Positions 1-9,867 of a stretch of DNA of 64,000 nucleotides are shown here, piece after piece. The notes beneath the pieces are model-generated. The model worked only from the letters and a program-made list of their open reading frames with translations, was not told where the DNA came from and did not search any database. Origin of the DNA: an uncultured Gammaproteobacteria bacterium (GTDB lineage: Bacteria > Patescibacteriota > Microgenomatia > UBA8517). The stretch is taken from positions 2,996 through 66,995 of the forward strand of contig CAZOUV010000004.1 of NCBI GenBank assembly GCA_964583105.1, in the 5' to 3' direction. The stretch's first letter is position 1; each line of letters starts with the position of its first letter. The position numbers were made by a program, and so were the translations under genes.

Positions 1-13
1 GCTTTTAAGTAAA

Positions 14-949
14 TTGATAATTCCAATGAAAAAAAGTTATTTTGTTGAGGAAACTGAAACTTTATTTAATCTTGCTTTTAAATTTCAACAAAATCTAAAT
101 ATAGAAAAAGAAATTAAAGAATATATTGACAAATTTGCCTGGTCATCATCAGTTGCTTATCTTGGTAAATTTCAAACCAGGGAAGATGTAATAAAAAAAC
201 TTCAGAATTTAATTAATGAAAACCTAAAAGATAAATTAAAAATAAATCGACTAACAAAAAAAGAAATAACTAACAACTACGTCAAGGCTTTAAAAATAAT
301 TGGGAAATCAAAAAAATTACTTAGTCTGGTAAAAATTTCACAGGAACTTCTATATTTACAAACTTATCGATTAGATATATTTTCCCTTTCTTATTTCAAG
401 GCATACTCATTATTTAAGGAAATTGCCAAAAGATTTAATTATCAGGTTGAGGAGCTGGTTTATTTAACAGGAAAAGAAATTATTGAACTTTTTGAAGACC
501 AAAGAGTTGAAAAAAATGAAATTCAAAAGAGGCAAAAAAACTATGCTCTTATTTTAAATAATAATCATTTTTCAATTTTTTCAGGGGATAGCATGCAAGA
601 AACTTCACAGCAAGCAGTTTATGGTCTTGAGGTTAAAGGAACGATAGCAAATAGGGGGAGGGCAAAAGGTGTGGCAAAACTCGTATTTGATATAAAAGAT
701 ATATCAAAAATCAATAAAGGGGATATTATAGTTTCTCCCATGACGAGACCAGAACTTGTGCCTGCAATTATCAAATCATCTGGAATTATTACAGATTTCG
801 GAGGAATTCTGTGCCACGCAGCCATAGTTTCTAGAGAATTCGGTGTGCCTTGTATTGTGGGGACTAAAAACGCAACCAAAATATTTAAAGATGGGGACAC
901 AGTTGAGTTAAATGCTTATGACGGTGTGGCCAGAAAAATTCTTATGTAA
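14..949 (+). CDS. PEP-utilizing-enzyme mobile (phosphohistidine swivel) domain protein; N-terminal ~200 aa unassigned
   Basis: C-terminal ~90 aa carry the swivel-domain signature GGILCHAAIVSREFGVPCIVGT with the catalytic His, as in the PEP synthase/PPDK family. The ORF starts with TTG at 14 (first ATG at 26) and the frame is open to the window edge, so the 5' end may be truncated. Confidence 0.55.
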   Translation: MIIPMKKSYFVEETETLFNLAFKFQQNLNIEKEIKEYIDKFAWSSSVAYLGKFQTREDVIKKLQNLINENLKDKLKINRLTKKEITNNYVKALKIIGKSKKLLSLVKISQELLYLQTYRLDIFSLSYFKAYSLFKEIAKRFNYQVEELVYLTGKEIIELFEDQRVEKNEIQKRQKNYALILNNNHFSIFSGDSMQETSQQAVYGLEVKGTIANRGRAKGVAKLVFDIKDISKINKGDIIVSPMTRPELVPAIIKSSGIITDFGGILCHAAIVSREFGVPCIVGTKNATKIFKDGDTVELNAYDGVARKILM

Positions 950-1105
950 ACTCATACCGATAAATAAACACGTTCCGCTTTATTAATACATATCCATTCC
1001 TTCACTGTTTTTATAAACTGGGTTTTAATATCTTTCGAACTTACAAAAATGTGGTCTAAGAATCACAGGCACAAACGAAGTTTTTATTTGCAGAGAGAAG
1101 AAAAG

Positions 1106-1387
1106 CTATCTAATTTTTACATTTTTAAGTAACTGATCCATTTGATTTGCCATTTCATCGCCAGCAGGTCCTTCGGGTAAATTGGATACAGCATTATCTA
1201 CCATATCCCCATATTTCCTACGGCCTTCTTCACCAGCATAACAATGAGGTATGGTCCCATCCTTGAGCCTTCTTGGACAGCCATCGGGGTTCTTTTTTGA
1301 TTGAGCCGGAGTGCATTTTTTACACAAACCTGCTATAGCAGTATTTATTATTTTTTCAGAGTTATCCACATACATATAATAGCGCAT
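1106..1387 (-). CDS. hypothetical small Cys-containing protein
   Basis: 93-aa ORF in an otherwise empty intergenic stretch; no recognisable motif. Confidence 0.25.
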   Translation of the reverse strand: MRYYMYVDNSEKIINTAIAGLCKKCTPAQSKKNPDGCPRRLKDGTIPHCYAGEEGRRKYGDMVDNAVSNLPEGPAGDEMANQMDQLLKNVKIR

Positions 1388-1573
1388 TTCTTGGTTTTGA
1401 CAAGATTAAAATTATTATCACTACCAATTTAAGTATTCATGCTAAGTTGTTATCGGATTGAGAAAGTATTTAATTTCTGGTGAGGGTATCACATATTTTT
1501 CTACTCATTCCTTCAATGTTTTGATAAATTGAGCTATAATATCGTTTGAGGCTATAAATATTGATGTTTGTTT

Positions 1574-1645
1574 GGGCCCATAGCTCAACGGTAGAGCAAT
1601 TCCCTCTTAAGGAAGAGGTTGATGGTTCGAATCCATCTGGGCTCA
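1574..1645 (+). tRNA. tRNA-Lys (anticodon CTT)
   Basis: Cloverleaf read by eye. Acceptor gggccca/tgggctc (one G-U), D-arm gctc-aacggta-gagc, anticodon loop cuCUUaa, T-arm gatgg-ttcgaat-ccatc. CCA is not encoded. Confidence 0.8.
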
Positions 1646-1723
1646 CACAGTTTATAAGCCTCTTCTGGTGTGTGTAGGTATACTGTTTTTCGCAGATTTT
1701 ATCGAAAATGATATAATCCGCGC

Positions 1724-2665
1724 ATGGCTCCCGAATACAAAATATCTTTACGGGTTGAGGCAGATTCCTTACCCAATATTATTAAAATTGTTGATCAAAT
1801 TAAAATTCTCGCAAAGCCTAGCGAATTATCTTTAAAAACTTCTCGTAAAGTGGCCAATGAAGAGAAAAGAAAACTATTTGAAAATAAAGGAATAGCCAGG
1901 ATATTTAAATGGCAGAAAATTGACAGTATAGTGAAGCCTTTGTATCTATCAGATGAGAGTAAAAAATTAACCTTGGCACAAATCGCTAAAGAACTTGGAA
2001 TTACAACTTATCAACTACAAATTTCTATTAGAAGACTAAAGGATAGTGGTGAAATTGAAAATATTAGAAAATATACTGCACGTAATTTTTCAATTAAACA
2101 AGAGCTTAAAAAGATAATTGAGGAAAATCCCGATAAGTACCGAACGCTTCAAGAATATGTTGACAAATTGGGAAATAAGGTAAGTTGTGAATATGTTAGA
2201 CAACTATTGAAAAAGTTTGATAAGGAAGGTTTAGTCTTTGTAAGTTTTAGAAATTATAGAAATCAGCAAAACTTAGATAAACTCGTGCAAGCAGCTGCCA
2301 AAAAGGAAAGACGTCAAGAAATAGTCGATGAGGTTAAAAAATTAATCTTAACTGGTAAAAGTATCACTGAAGTTGAAGAAATACTGGGGGAGAAGTCAAA
2401 GGGTATCATTAGAGTTAATACTGTAATTAATATGCTTCGTAATCGTGGAGAAATTCCTAGACAGAGAGAAATAAGAAGAGATAAAAATGAATTGATGGCT
2501 GCGGATAATATAATTAAGCAATTGTATAATGATGGTCTATCTTATTTAGAAATATCTAAAATAACCGGGCTTGATAAATATAGAATATATAACCATATTA
2601 TTAGACTAACCCGTAGAGGCGAAATTGTCAGAACACGAAAAAGAGGGAAAACTAAAACAAACTAA
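1724..2665 (+). CDS. hypothetical protein with several helix-turn-helix-like repeats (putative DNA-binding)
   Basis: 313 aa, lysine/arginine-rich. Segments such as LAQIAKELGITTYQLQISIRRLK and LSYLEISKITGLDKYRIYNHIIRL recur about 4 times and resemble winged-HTH units. No family assigned. Confidence 0.35.
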   Translation: MAPEYKISLRVEADSLPNIIKIVDQIKILAKPSELSLKTSRKVANEEKRKLFENKGIARIFKWQKIDSIVKPLYLSDESKKLTLAQIAKELGITTYQLQISIRRLKDSGEIENIRKYTARNFSIKQELKKIIEENPDKYRTLQEYVDKLGNKVSCEYVRQLLKKFDKEGLVFVSFRNYRNQQNLDKLVQAAAKKERRQEIVDEVKKLILTGKSITEVEEILGEKSKGIIRVNTVINMLRNRGEIPRQREIRRDKNELMAADNIIKQLYNDGLSYLEISKITGLDKYRIYNHIIRLTRRGEIVRTRKRGKTKTN

Positions 2666-2686
2666 ACTAAAGTTGTTTGTCTTTTG

Positions 2687-3112
2687 TCACAGTTTTTTAG
2701 AGAAGTAGGTCAATGAATTTCCTGAAGGAAAATCATCAAGTTTTCCGTAGGGTTTAAATCCTAGTTTTTCATAAAATCCTGGTGCCTGCCAAGAAAAAGT
2801 ATTTGTATAGATGATTGTACAGCCTCTTTTCTTTCCTTCTTTTTCCACAAGTTTAATTAGTTTTTTGCCGTAACCTTGTCCCCGTAGAGATTCTTCCACC
2901 CAAAGTGAATTTATTTCAATGCCGTTCCAAAGGACAGTAGCAATAGTACCTCCGTATACGTTTTTGTTTTTATCCTTCAGAAAAATATTTATAGTTTCAG
3001 AAGTTCTTTGATGGCCATGTTTTGTATGGTATGAAAGCATTCCATCAGCTAGGGTTTTATAATCTTTTGGTTTCGGTTTTCCTATTGTTATTTCAAAATT
3101 AGGATTGATCAT
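2687..3112 (-). CDS. GNAT family N-acetyltransferase
   Basis: 141 aa with the acetyl-CoA binding motif RGQGYGKKLIKLVE (Q/RxxGxG/A). Confidence 0.7.
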   Translation of the reverse strand: MINPNFEITIGKPKPKDYKTLADGMLSYHTKHGHQRTSETINIFLKDKNKNVYGGTIATVLWNGIEINSLWVEESLRGQGYGKKLIKLVEKEGKKRGCTIIYTNTFSWQAPGFYEKLGFKPYGKLDDFPSGNSLTYFSKKL

Positions 3113-3464
3113 ACAATAATTATAACAATTATATTGCCCGAAAAAGTATTACTATTTTCAAAAATGTTTTTAAGGGTTAATAAATATAGATTATATGTGT
3201 ATAATTTGTTTAAGTAGATTTAGTTACTATGACAAAAAGATACGGGACTCCAATAAAGACACTTGTCCAAGAAGGAAGTTCTGTCGCCCAAAATGTATTA
3301 GATCATGGGGTAGCTCCTGAAAACTACACATTGGGCCAAGCTTCTCATGAAGATGTGGCATATGGTCAAGCCGATCCTAGATCGGAAGCAGGTAACAGGT
3401 CTTTAGGTGCCAATACCGCGAGAGGGGGGAAGGGTCCGGATAAAAAAGGATAAAAATATTTTCG

Positions 3465-4538
3465 TTACAAAAATCTTACCTGCATTTTATCTTTTACTTT
3501 AATTGTTGTAGGAACTTCCTGACCAGGGAAATGTGCACTCTCTCCCCATATTTTTGCAAGCCTTTTTTCGCTGAAGTTTGTTCCCAGTTTAGTTGCAACA
3601 TCTGATAAGGAATCTCCTTCTCTCATTATAATAGGACTTTCGAAATTTGGTTCCTGGTCAGGTCCTACAAGATAGACACTTAAAAGTTTTAGTTTTTTCC
3701 ATATTTCTTGCCTCAGACTATCAAGATTTATATCTTTTTCGGCACTGATTAAAAGTAACTCGGGATTAATTTTAGTATTTTTTGGTATCATATCGATCTT
3801 GTTTACCACAAATAAACCAGGAATATAAACCCTGCTTGTAGAAAATACATCTATTAGAGAATCAATTGTTACCCTTTCTTTAATTGATATATCGGCGTTT
3901 TTAATTCCCATTTCAGCGGCGATTTCTTTGATGGTTTCCTGACTTAAATCCTGTTTAAGATTGGAGTGAATAGTAATTCCTCCTTCTGGTTTTTTGGCGA
4001 TTAATACATTTGGTTTAACCTTATTTATTCGTATTCCGGCTCCTTCAAGTTCCGAAACCATTTTATTTATATAATCTATTCTTTGGATGTCGGAAATTAT
4101 GATTAATAAATCCGAATTTCTGGCAACGGAAAGAACTTCTTTTCCTCTTCCTTTTCCTTTTGAGGCTCCTTCAATAAGTCCCGGAATATCAAAAATCTGG
4201 ATATATGCGTCTTTATAAAGCATCATGCCTGGGATAACAGATGTTGTGGTAAAAGCATATGCCGCAACTTTGCTTTCCGCGTTGGTAAGTTTATTTAAAA
4301 GTGTTGATTTTCCCGCAGAAGGAGGTCCTACTAAAACAACCGATGCATCCCCTGTTTTTTTTACTGCATATCCCCCTCCTCCACCCCCACCGCTTTTGGA
4401 CCCTGCTTCATATATCCTGTCTTCTATTCTTGCAAGTCTGGCTCTTAATTTTCCTATATGATGCTCCGTTCCTTTATGATAGGGAGTTTCCCTTATTTCT
4501 TTTTTGATTTCTTCTATTGTTTGGGTCAAATCAGTCAT
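3465..4538 (-). CDS. DRG-family (developmentally regulated GTP-binding protein-like) GTPase with C-terminal TGS domain
   Basis: Motifs: ...TEHHIGKLRARLARI...GGGGGGGYAVKKTGDASVVLVGPPSAGKSTLLN (G1), AFTTT (G2), DIPG (G3), NKID (G4), and a TGS-like C-terminus. This architecture matches eukaryotic/archaeal DRG rather than Obg. The track ORF extends to 4640, but that would overlap tRNA-Arg, so the start is taken at the internal Met (MTDLTQ...). Confidence 0.7.
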   Translation of the reverse strand: MTDLTQTIEEIKKEIRETPYHKGTEHHIGKLRARLARIEDRIYEAGSKSGGGGGGGYAVKKTGDASVVLVGPPSAGKSTLLNKLTNAESKVAAYAFTTTSVIPGMMLYKDAYIQIFDIPGLIEGASKGKGRGKEVLSVARNSDLLIIISDIQRIDYINKMVSELEGAGIRINKVKPNVLIAKKPEGGITIHSNLKQDLSQETIKEIAAEMGIKNADISIKERVTIDSLIDVFSTSRVYIPGLFVVNKIDMIPKNTKINPELLLISAEKDINLDSLRQEIWKKLKLLSVYLVGPDQEPNFESPIIMREGDSLSDVATKLGTNFSEKRLAKIWGESAHFPGQEVPTTIKVKDKMQVRFL

Positions 4539-4564
4539 ATAAGGTATAATTATAGCGTAAGAAT

Positions 4565-4639
4565 GCGCCTGTAGCTTAACGGATAAAGCAATGGTCTTCG
4601 GAACCATTGATGAGGGTTCAATTCCCCCCAGGCGCACCA
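4565..4639 (+). tRNA. tRNA-Arg (anticodon TCG)
   Basis: Acceptor gcgcctg/caggcgc, D-arm gctt-aacggata-aagc, anticodon stem atggt/accat with loop ctTCGga, T-loop ttcaatt (one A-C mismatch in the T-stem). CCA is encoded. Confidence 0.65.
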
Positions 4640-4728
4640 AGTTTTGCTATTAATTCAGATTTCGATACAATTTAACTATGGAAACATTATCGGATTTAAA
4701 AACACAACCTTCATAGCAAACAGAAGAT

Positions 4729-5241
4729 TTGATGGAAAAGATTGAAAATGGCAAATTTGACATATCTATTTTGGGAAAAGGATCTAACAAGGCTATGATA
4801 TTTAATAAGCCCCTTAATGTTGAAGAACCAGTACAGTTTGCCCAACCACAAGAATCAAAGATTGCTCGCTATATGGTCGTATCTCCTCAGTTCGGGTTAG
4901 GAAAAATTGATTTTGTAAAGGCAACACAACCAATAGAGGGTGGAGAGTGGGAAGAGAGTAATGTTGTTGCACCGGATCGAGAAGGATTATTTAAAGATTT
5001 ATTAACCAAATATAAAGATGATGATAGTGGATATACTAAATTAGGTGTCTATGCCAATGATGGGGGTGAATTCATTCTCCATATAGGGGGTGAGGGTTTT
5101 GAAATCGACCCAGATATATCTATCGAAGTATTTGCAAATGTTAAAGAATTAAACAAAATAAATCTAAATAGCAGTGAATTAAGTAGCCAAATATTGACAG
5201 CTAGAATAGCTACCGTCAGTGAAGCTTCGAGTTTAATATAA
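4729..5241 (+). CDS. hypothetical protein
   Basis: 170-aa ORF with good coding look; no motif recognised. Confidence 0.4.
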   Translation: MMEKIENGKFDISILGKGSNKAMIFNKPLNVEEPVQFAQPQESKIARYMVVSPQFGLGKIDFVKATQPIEGGEWEESNVVAPDREGLFKDLLTKYKDDDSGYTKLGVYANDGGEFILHIGGEGFEIDPDISIEVFANVKELNKINLNSSELSSQILTARIATVSEASSLI

Positions 5242-5342
5242 AAAGGAATCTATTTTTTTGTTTTTCAATATTTTTATTTGTTGTGTATATCTTGTTATTG
5301 ACACTCAACCTTCGTGTGATACATTGATACAAGTTTAAAATA

Positions 5343-6962
5343 ATGAAGTATATTTTTGTTTCGGGTGGAGTTGTAAGCGGCTTGGGAAAAGGAGTTACTT
5401 CAGCCTCCCTTGCCTTTCTTCTTAAATCAAGAGGTTACAAAGTTACCAACGTAAAGATAGATATGTATTTAAACGTTGATGCAGGAACTATACGTCCCCA
5501 AGAACACGGAGAAGTATTTGTAACTGATGACGGCATTGAAACCGATGAAGACCTAGGGCACTACGAGAGATTTGTTCATGAAAGTTTATCTAAAGAAAAT
5601 TACATAACTACCGGACAGATATATCAGGAAGTGATAAGAAAGGAAAGGGCTTTTGAATATCAAGGGGAGGACGTTGAAGCCATACCTCACGTTACAGATG
5701 AAATTACAAGAAGGATCAATTTAGCCGGTAATACTCATAATTCTGAAATTGTAATTGTTGAGTTAGGAGGAACCGTAGGAGAATATCAAAACGGTATTTT
5801 TTATGAAGCTTCCCGAATAATGAAACTTAAAAATCCCAAAGACGTAATTCACCTTCATGTAACCTACCTTCCCTATCTTGAAAATATAGGGGAGCTTAAA
5901 AGCAAACCGGCGCAAACATCAGTCAGAATATTAAACGGAATGGGAATACAACCTGACGCGATTGTTGCCAGAACCGATAGGCCCATTGATCAAAGGCGTC
6001 TTGAAAGACTTGCACTTTTTTGCAACATGAATCCCAAGGCAATATTTTCAGCACCCAATTTAAAATCGATTTATGAGGTACCACTTCTTTTTAGTAAACA
6101 AGGACACCATCTTGACACAACATGTTTAAGACTGTTGGGACTTAAAGTCAAGAAACATACAAAAATAGATAAATGGAGAGAAATGGTTAAGCGTGCTACC
6201 AAAAAGTGGCCAAAAACGCTTAAAGTGGCACTTGTGGGAAAGTATTTTGTTACAGGAAATTTCAGTTTAATAGATTCATATGTTTCTGTTATAGAAGCCT
6301 TAAAACACGCTTCTTGGAAATTGGGAGTAAACATTGTTTTTTCATGGATAGATAGTGAGCGGGTTGAAAAAGAGGGAACAGATATTCTTAAAGATCATGA
6401 TGGAATTGTTGTTCCTCAGGGTTGGGGAAAAAGAGGAACGGAAGGAAAAATTTCCGCAATCAAATACGCAAGGGAAAAAGATATTCCTTATTTGGGACTT
6501 TGTTTTGGTATGCAGATGGCGGTTATCGAATATGCAAGAAACGTACTTAAATTAAGTTCAGCAAATTCTATAGAGGCAGATCCGGAAACTAAATATCCGG
6601 TTATTCATATAATGCCCAACCAGAAAGAGTACCTTGCTAAGAAACAATACGGCGGAACGATACGTTTGGGTATGTGGCCTTGCAAACTTAAAAGTAATTC
6701 CAGACTTTCTAAAATATATGGCAATAAAAGATTAATTTTTGAAAGACACAGGCACAGATATGAATTTAATAATATCTATAAAGAAAGGTTTGAAAAAAGT
6801 GGTATGGTGTTTTCAGGTACTTCTCCAGATGGCAAGTTGGTTGAAGCTATTGAATTAAAAAACAACAAATTTTTCATTGGAACCCAATTTCACCCGGAAT
6901 ATCTAAGTAGACCTCTTACACCACACCCAATCTTTGTTTCGTTCCTTGCTTCAATGATATAA
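5343..6962 (+). CDS. pyrG: CTP synthase
   Basis: N-terminal synthetase domain starts MKYIFVSGGVVSGLGKG. C-terminal class-I glutamine amidotransferase with GLCFGMQ (Cys) and QFHPEY (His). 539 aa. Confidence 0.95.
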   Translation: MKYIFVSGGVVSGLGKGVTSASLAFLLKSRGYKVTNVKIDMYLNVDAGTIRPQEHGEVFVTDDGIETDEDLGHYERFVHESLSKENYITTGQIYQEVIRKERAFEYQGEDVEAIPHVTDEITRRINLAGNTHNSEIVIVELGGTVGEYQNGIFYEASRIMKLKNPKDVIHLHVTYLPYLENIGELKSKPAQTSVRILNGMGIQPDAIVARTDRPIDQRRLERLALFCNMNPKAIFSAPNLKSIYEVPLLFSKQGHHLDTTCLRLLGLKVKKHTKIDKWREMVKRATKKWPKTLKVALVGKYFVTGNFSLIDSYVSVIEALKHASWKLGVNIVFSWIDSERVEKEGTDILKDHDGIVVPQGWGKRGTEGKISAIKYAREKDIPYLGLCFGMQMAVIEYARNVLKLSSANSIEADPETKYPVIHIMPNQKEYLAKKQYGGTIRLGMWPCKLKSNSRLSKIYGNKRLIFERHRHRYEFNNIYKERFEKSGMVFSGTSPDGKLVEAIELKNNKFFIGTQFHPEYLSRPLTPHPIFVSFLASMI

Positions 6963-6974
6963 TATACCTTGTTT

Positions 6975-7059
6975 GCCGAGGTGGCGGAATGGTAGACGCG
7001 CCGGCCTTAAGAGCCTGTTCCATATTTGTGGAGTGGAGGTTCGAGTCCTCTCCTCGGCA
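6975..7059 (+). tRNA. tRNA-Leu (anticodon TAA)
   Basis: 85 nt. Acceptor gccgagg/cctcggc, anticodon loop ctTAAga, long variable arm (tcca...tgga hairpin) typical of type-II Leu tRNA, T-arm ggagg-ttcgagt-cctct. One C-U mismatch in the anticodon stem. Confidence 0.7.
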
Positions 7060-7079
7060 CAAAATGATAAAATAAATTT

Positions 7080-7646
7080 ATGGAAGGAAATAAAGATGTT
7101 GCCTTTAATCCAGTTTATGAGGCATCAATTTTAGATGATATATCTTCGTTGCGGCAAACGTTATCCCTGGCAGAAGTAAACAAGGCTTCATCGGTTGGGA
7201 GGTATGAGTTTGGTAGTGCGGTTACAGATGTAGGAAATAAAGTATGTGTTTTGAAGAACGATTCTGACGAGTTGGTGGTCATATTTGCTGTAGAATTTGT
7301 CAATGGAGGATCCAGGGACGTTGTTTCCATAGATTTTACCTCAACCAAAAAACCCACAGAGAATATTTTAGAAAAATATTCCTCAAAGCTTATGGGTATA
7401 AAATTACCCAATTCAAAGTATGAAATCCAAGAATCTTTAAGATTTAAAATAGCAGAAAAGCGATCGAAACCTGGCGCACCAATAATTCCCAGACTCGTTT
7501 ATTCTAAGGGAATGATTCGAATATATCCTGTAGGTGAACCGGGTGATAAAAGTACTCTTGCTACTTTTAAAATTAACAACAAAGAACAACAAAACGTTCT
7601 CAATACCGTCAAATCAAGTCTTATCGAGAAACCTACACAAACTTAG
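7080..7646 (+). CDS. hypothetical protein
   Basis: 188-aa ORF directly after tRNA-Leu; no motif recognised. Confidence 0.4.
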   Translation: MEGNKDVAFNPVYEASILDDISSLRQTLSLAEVNKASSVGRYEFGSAVTDVGNKVCVLKNDSDELVVIFAVEFVNGGSRDVVSIDFTSTKKPTENILEKYSSKLMGIKLPNSKYEIQESLRFKIAEKRSKPGAPIIPRLVYSKGMIRIYPVGEPGDKSTLATFKINNKEQQNVLNTVKSSLIEKPTQT

Positions 7647-7873
7647 ATTTTATTGACAACTCTAATTGTCCAGCCAGAATCACAACCTCGAGTGTTATCA
7701 TTGAAGTAGCTCATTGGGCCCGAGTATAGTACCGCGCTCGGCACAAGTACTTTAAAGGTTTTGTAATATAAAGATTATATATCTGAGCGAATCATAGGTA
7801 GTTGAAGATAAGAGTCTAGTAGTAAGTAGAAGCGTGAGGTAATTCTGTTAAAAAATAAAGAAAACTACCTTAA

Positions 7874-9199
7874 CTAGGTTTGGTCTACTACCAACGATAA
7901 TTTCTTTTGCATATCTTCTGGCGGGCAAATAATATTTTGGGGATTAAATCCCCCAGCAACCAATCTATCTTTTACTGATTTGTCCAAAACTATAGCAATG
8001 TCATCAGAATCGATATTCATTTCAGTTGGAATATCTGTAATGTTATAGAAAACTCTACTTGTCCCTTCTATAGCGGGATTTATTTTATAGTTAAGCTTTT
8101 TTAACTCACGATAAAATCTTTTTCCGTATCTCTCATCACTTTGTCGTGTGGCATGATACTCAACCTTTCGCCCCCCTGCAAGGTTTGCTACTTTTACCAT
8201 AGTATCTTCTGTCGGGTCTGCGGAAACAATTTCTATATCCATTCCCTGAGATTTCAGGTCACCTTTAACCTCTCTCAACAAATCCCTCAATGTTTTTATC
8301 TTTGTTTCTGCTTTTCTTTCGCCTGTTCTTTGTGAATATACCTCCTGATGATCAAGATCACCTACAACAACAATTCTTTTTTGATCAATGTTTCTAGTCT
8401 TACAATATTCAGCAGATATTTTTATTTTTGCAGCTATTTCATCTAGAGTCATATCATGTCCTTCGGGGCCAGGCAAAATCATATCTTCTGCTTTTACTGG
8501 AAGAATCAAAACCTCTCCCGCTTTTGCAAAATCAGCTCTATCTAATGCCTTAAATATCTCTTCCTGGCTTCCATTGGATTTAATCAGTTGCCAAACCTGC
8601 TCAGTTATAGGTACATCTGCATATTTCATAACCATTGATTCCCCTTTCTCTTTTTGTAAAGCATCCGCCAGTAGATCACCCTTACCAACAAATGCCGCTG
8701 TATGGCGATCTCCCATCTTGTATTTCATTTCTCCTGAAGAAACTTTCCCTTTTACCTTTTCCTGGGCGGAAGAAACTTTTCCAACAAATGAATCACCTCT
8801 TAACCACTTTGGCAAAGTATTCTTAAATCCCCAAGTTGTTCCCAGAACCAACGAAAGATATGGAAGATGATCTCTTAATGCGGGGGAAGCGGCAGCATAA
8901 TCTGCCATTGCATAAACTGCTTGTAAAAAATTATGCAGAAAAGGAGTTAATTCAGGTCCGGGAGAAGCAAAATGAGTATCAAAAGCGGCTTTTGTAAGCA
9001 AATGTGTCACAACGGTAGCACTTGGATAGATTATATCCATTTTGCTTAAGGGTCTGGCTGTTTCGGGGTCTAGCTTTAAAAACCTATCAACTTCGGATGG
9101 TTCAAGGCCTCGCTCTTTTGACACAGAGTTCAAGATAACATTTAGATCTTTACCCTTTAAGGGTTTAGGTAATTCGGGTAGGTTAATATGCTCTGGCAT
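7874..9199 (-). CDS. conserved hypothetical protein (441 aa), function not recognised
   Basis: Long, clean ORF of normal composition (e.g. ...IVVVGDLDHQEV...). Antisense ORFs 8141..8870 inside it are ignored. Confidence 0.5.
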   Translation of the reverse strand: MPEHINLPELPKPLKGKDLNVILNSVSKERGLEPSEVDRFLKLDPETARPLSKMDIIYPSATVVTHLLTKAAFDTHFASPGPELTPFLHNFLQAVYAMADYAAASPALRDHLPYLSLVLGTTWGFKNTLPKWLRGDSFVGKVSSAQEKVKGKVSSGEMKYKMGDRHTAAFVGKGDLLADALQKEKGESMVMKYADVPITEQVWQLIKSNGSQEEIFKALDRADFAKAGEVLILPVKAEDMILPGPEGHDMTLDEIAAKIKISAEYCKTRNIDQKRIVVVGDLDHQEVYSQRTGERKAETKIKTLRDLLREVKGDLKSQGMDIEIVSADPTEDTMVKVANLAGGRKVEYHATRQSDERYGKRFYRELKKLNYKINPAIEGTSRVFYNITDIPTEMNIDSDDIAIVLDKSVKDRLVAGGFNPQNIICPPEDMQKKLSLVVDQT

Positions 9200-9449
9200 A
9201 ATCTAAAATTATTTTTGATAAGTTTGGAATAAACTGGTTGAGAAAATCATAAAAAGTTGCTAGGTTTCCATTTTTAAAAAGTAGCTTCATTTCTTCAAGT
9301 TTATCTTCAGGGCAATACTTAATGGCAATGGTTTTTAAGTAAGTAGTAAGATCATTTGCAAGTTCCGGATTTTCTTCAACCTTCTTTAGTGTAATTTCCA
9401 AGATTTGTGAGGCGTTCATAATTACATCCAGAATTATGACATACAACAA
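9183..9449 (-). CDS. hypothetical small protein
   Basis: 88 aa; overlaps the start of the upstream gene by 17 nt, an operon-like arrangement. Confidence 0.3.
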   Translation of the reverse strand: MLYVIILDVIMNASQILEITLKKVEENPELANDLTTYLKTIAIKYCPEDKLEEMKLLFKNGNLATFYDFLNQFIPNLSKIILDYARAY

Positions 9450-9732
9450 TCAGTTATTCAATTAATCAATAGAAGTTTTACAAGGACAGGAGTGGGTCGC
9501 TGTTGCTGGTACAAAACATACTCGCAACGATATGACAAACCCTACTGCGATATACGCACACAACATGTTAAAAAATTCAGGAGACGAACAAATCAGAGAA
9601 GTAGCTGATGAGTTTGGCGAACCATGTCAGGATCCATTCTTACAAAGATCTATTAGTCAGTGATATAAGTTAACCTCTTTATGTTTGCTTATAAGTGATC
9701 GAGCTACGTATGTGATAAAATAGTAGTACGCA

Positions 9733-9805
9733 CGGAGTGTGGCTCAGTTGGTAGAGCGCCGCGTTTGGGACGCGGAGGTCCCCGGTTCGAGCCCGGGCAC
9801 TCCGA
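9733..9805 (+). tRNA. tRNA-Pro (anticodon TGG)
   Basis: Acceptor cggagtg/cactccg, D-arm gctc-agttggta-gagc, anticodon stem ccgcg/cgcgg with loop ttTGGga, T-arm cccgg-ttcgagc-ccggg. Confidence 0.8.
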
Positions 9806-9867
9806 CAGATTTTAGCTTCTTAAAATTCCTTTTGAATTGTTACTTTTTAATCGTGTAATATGTATAA

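Noticed and set aside
619-900. 93-aa minus-strand ORF inside 14..949
   Set aside because: Entirely antisense to a gene with a clear conserved domain. Spurious.
3229-3453. 74-aa ORF between GNAT and DRG genes
   Set aside because: No motif, atypical composition (Gly/Ala-rich), and sits in a promoter region. Not reported as a gene.
4225-4507. Two plus-strand ORFs (78 and 68 aa) inside the DRG GTPase gene
   Set aside because: Antisense to a well-supported gene. They are created by the C-rich Gly-codon tract (Pro-rich translation PPPPPPP).
6071-6555. Small ORFs on both strands inside pyrG
   Set aside because: Embedded in a highly conserved gene. Spurious.
7647-7873. Purine-rich, partly GC-rich intergenic segment with a short hairpin (ccgag...ctcgg)
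   Set aside because: No U-tract (not a clear terminator) and no recognisable ncRNA signature.
8141-8870. Three plus-strand ORFs antisense to 7874..9199
   Set aside because: Antisense to a long clean ORF. Ser/Phe-rich low-complexity translations.
9450-9730. Relatively GC-richer 280-bp stretch upstream of tRNA-Pro; possible ncRNA or 43-aa ORF (MTNPTAIYAHNMLKNSGDEQIREVADEFGEPCQDPFLQRSISQ)
   Set aside because: No match to RNase P, SRP, tmRNA or 5S hallmarks by eye. The small ORF has no SD or other support. Left unannotated.
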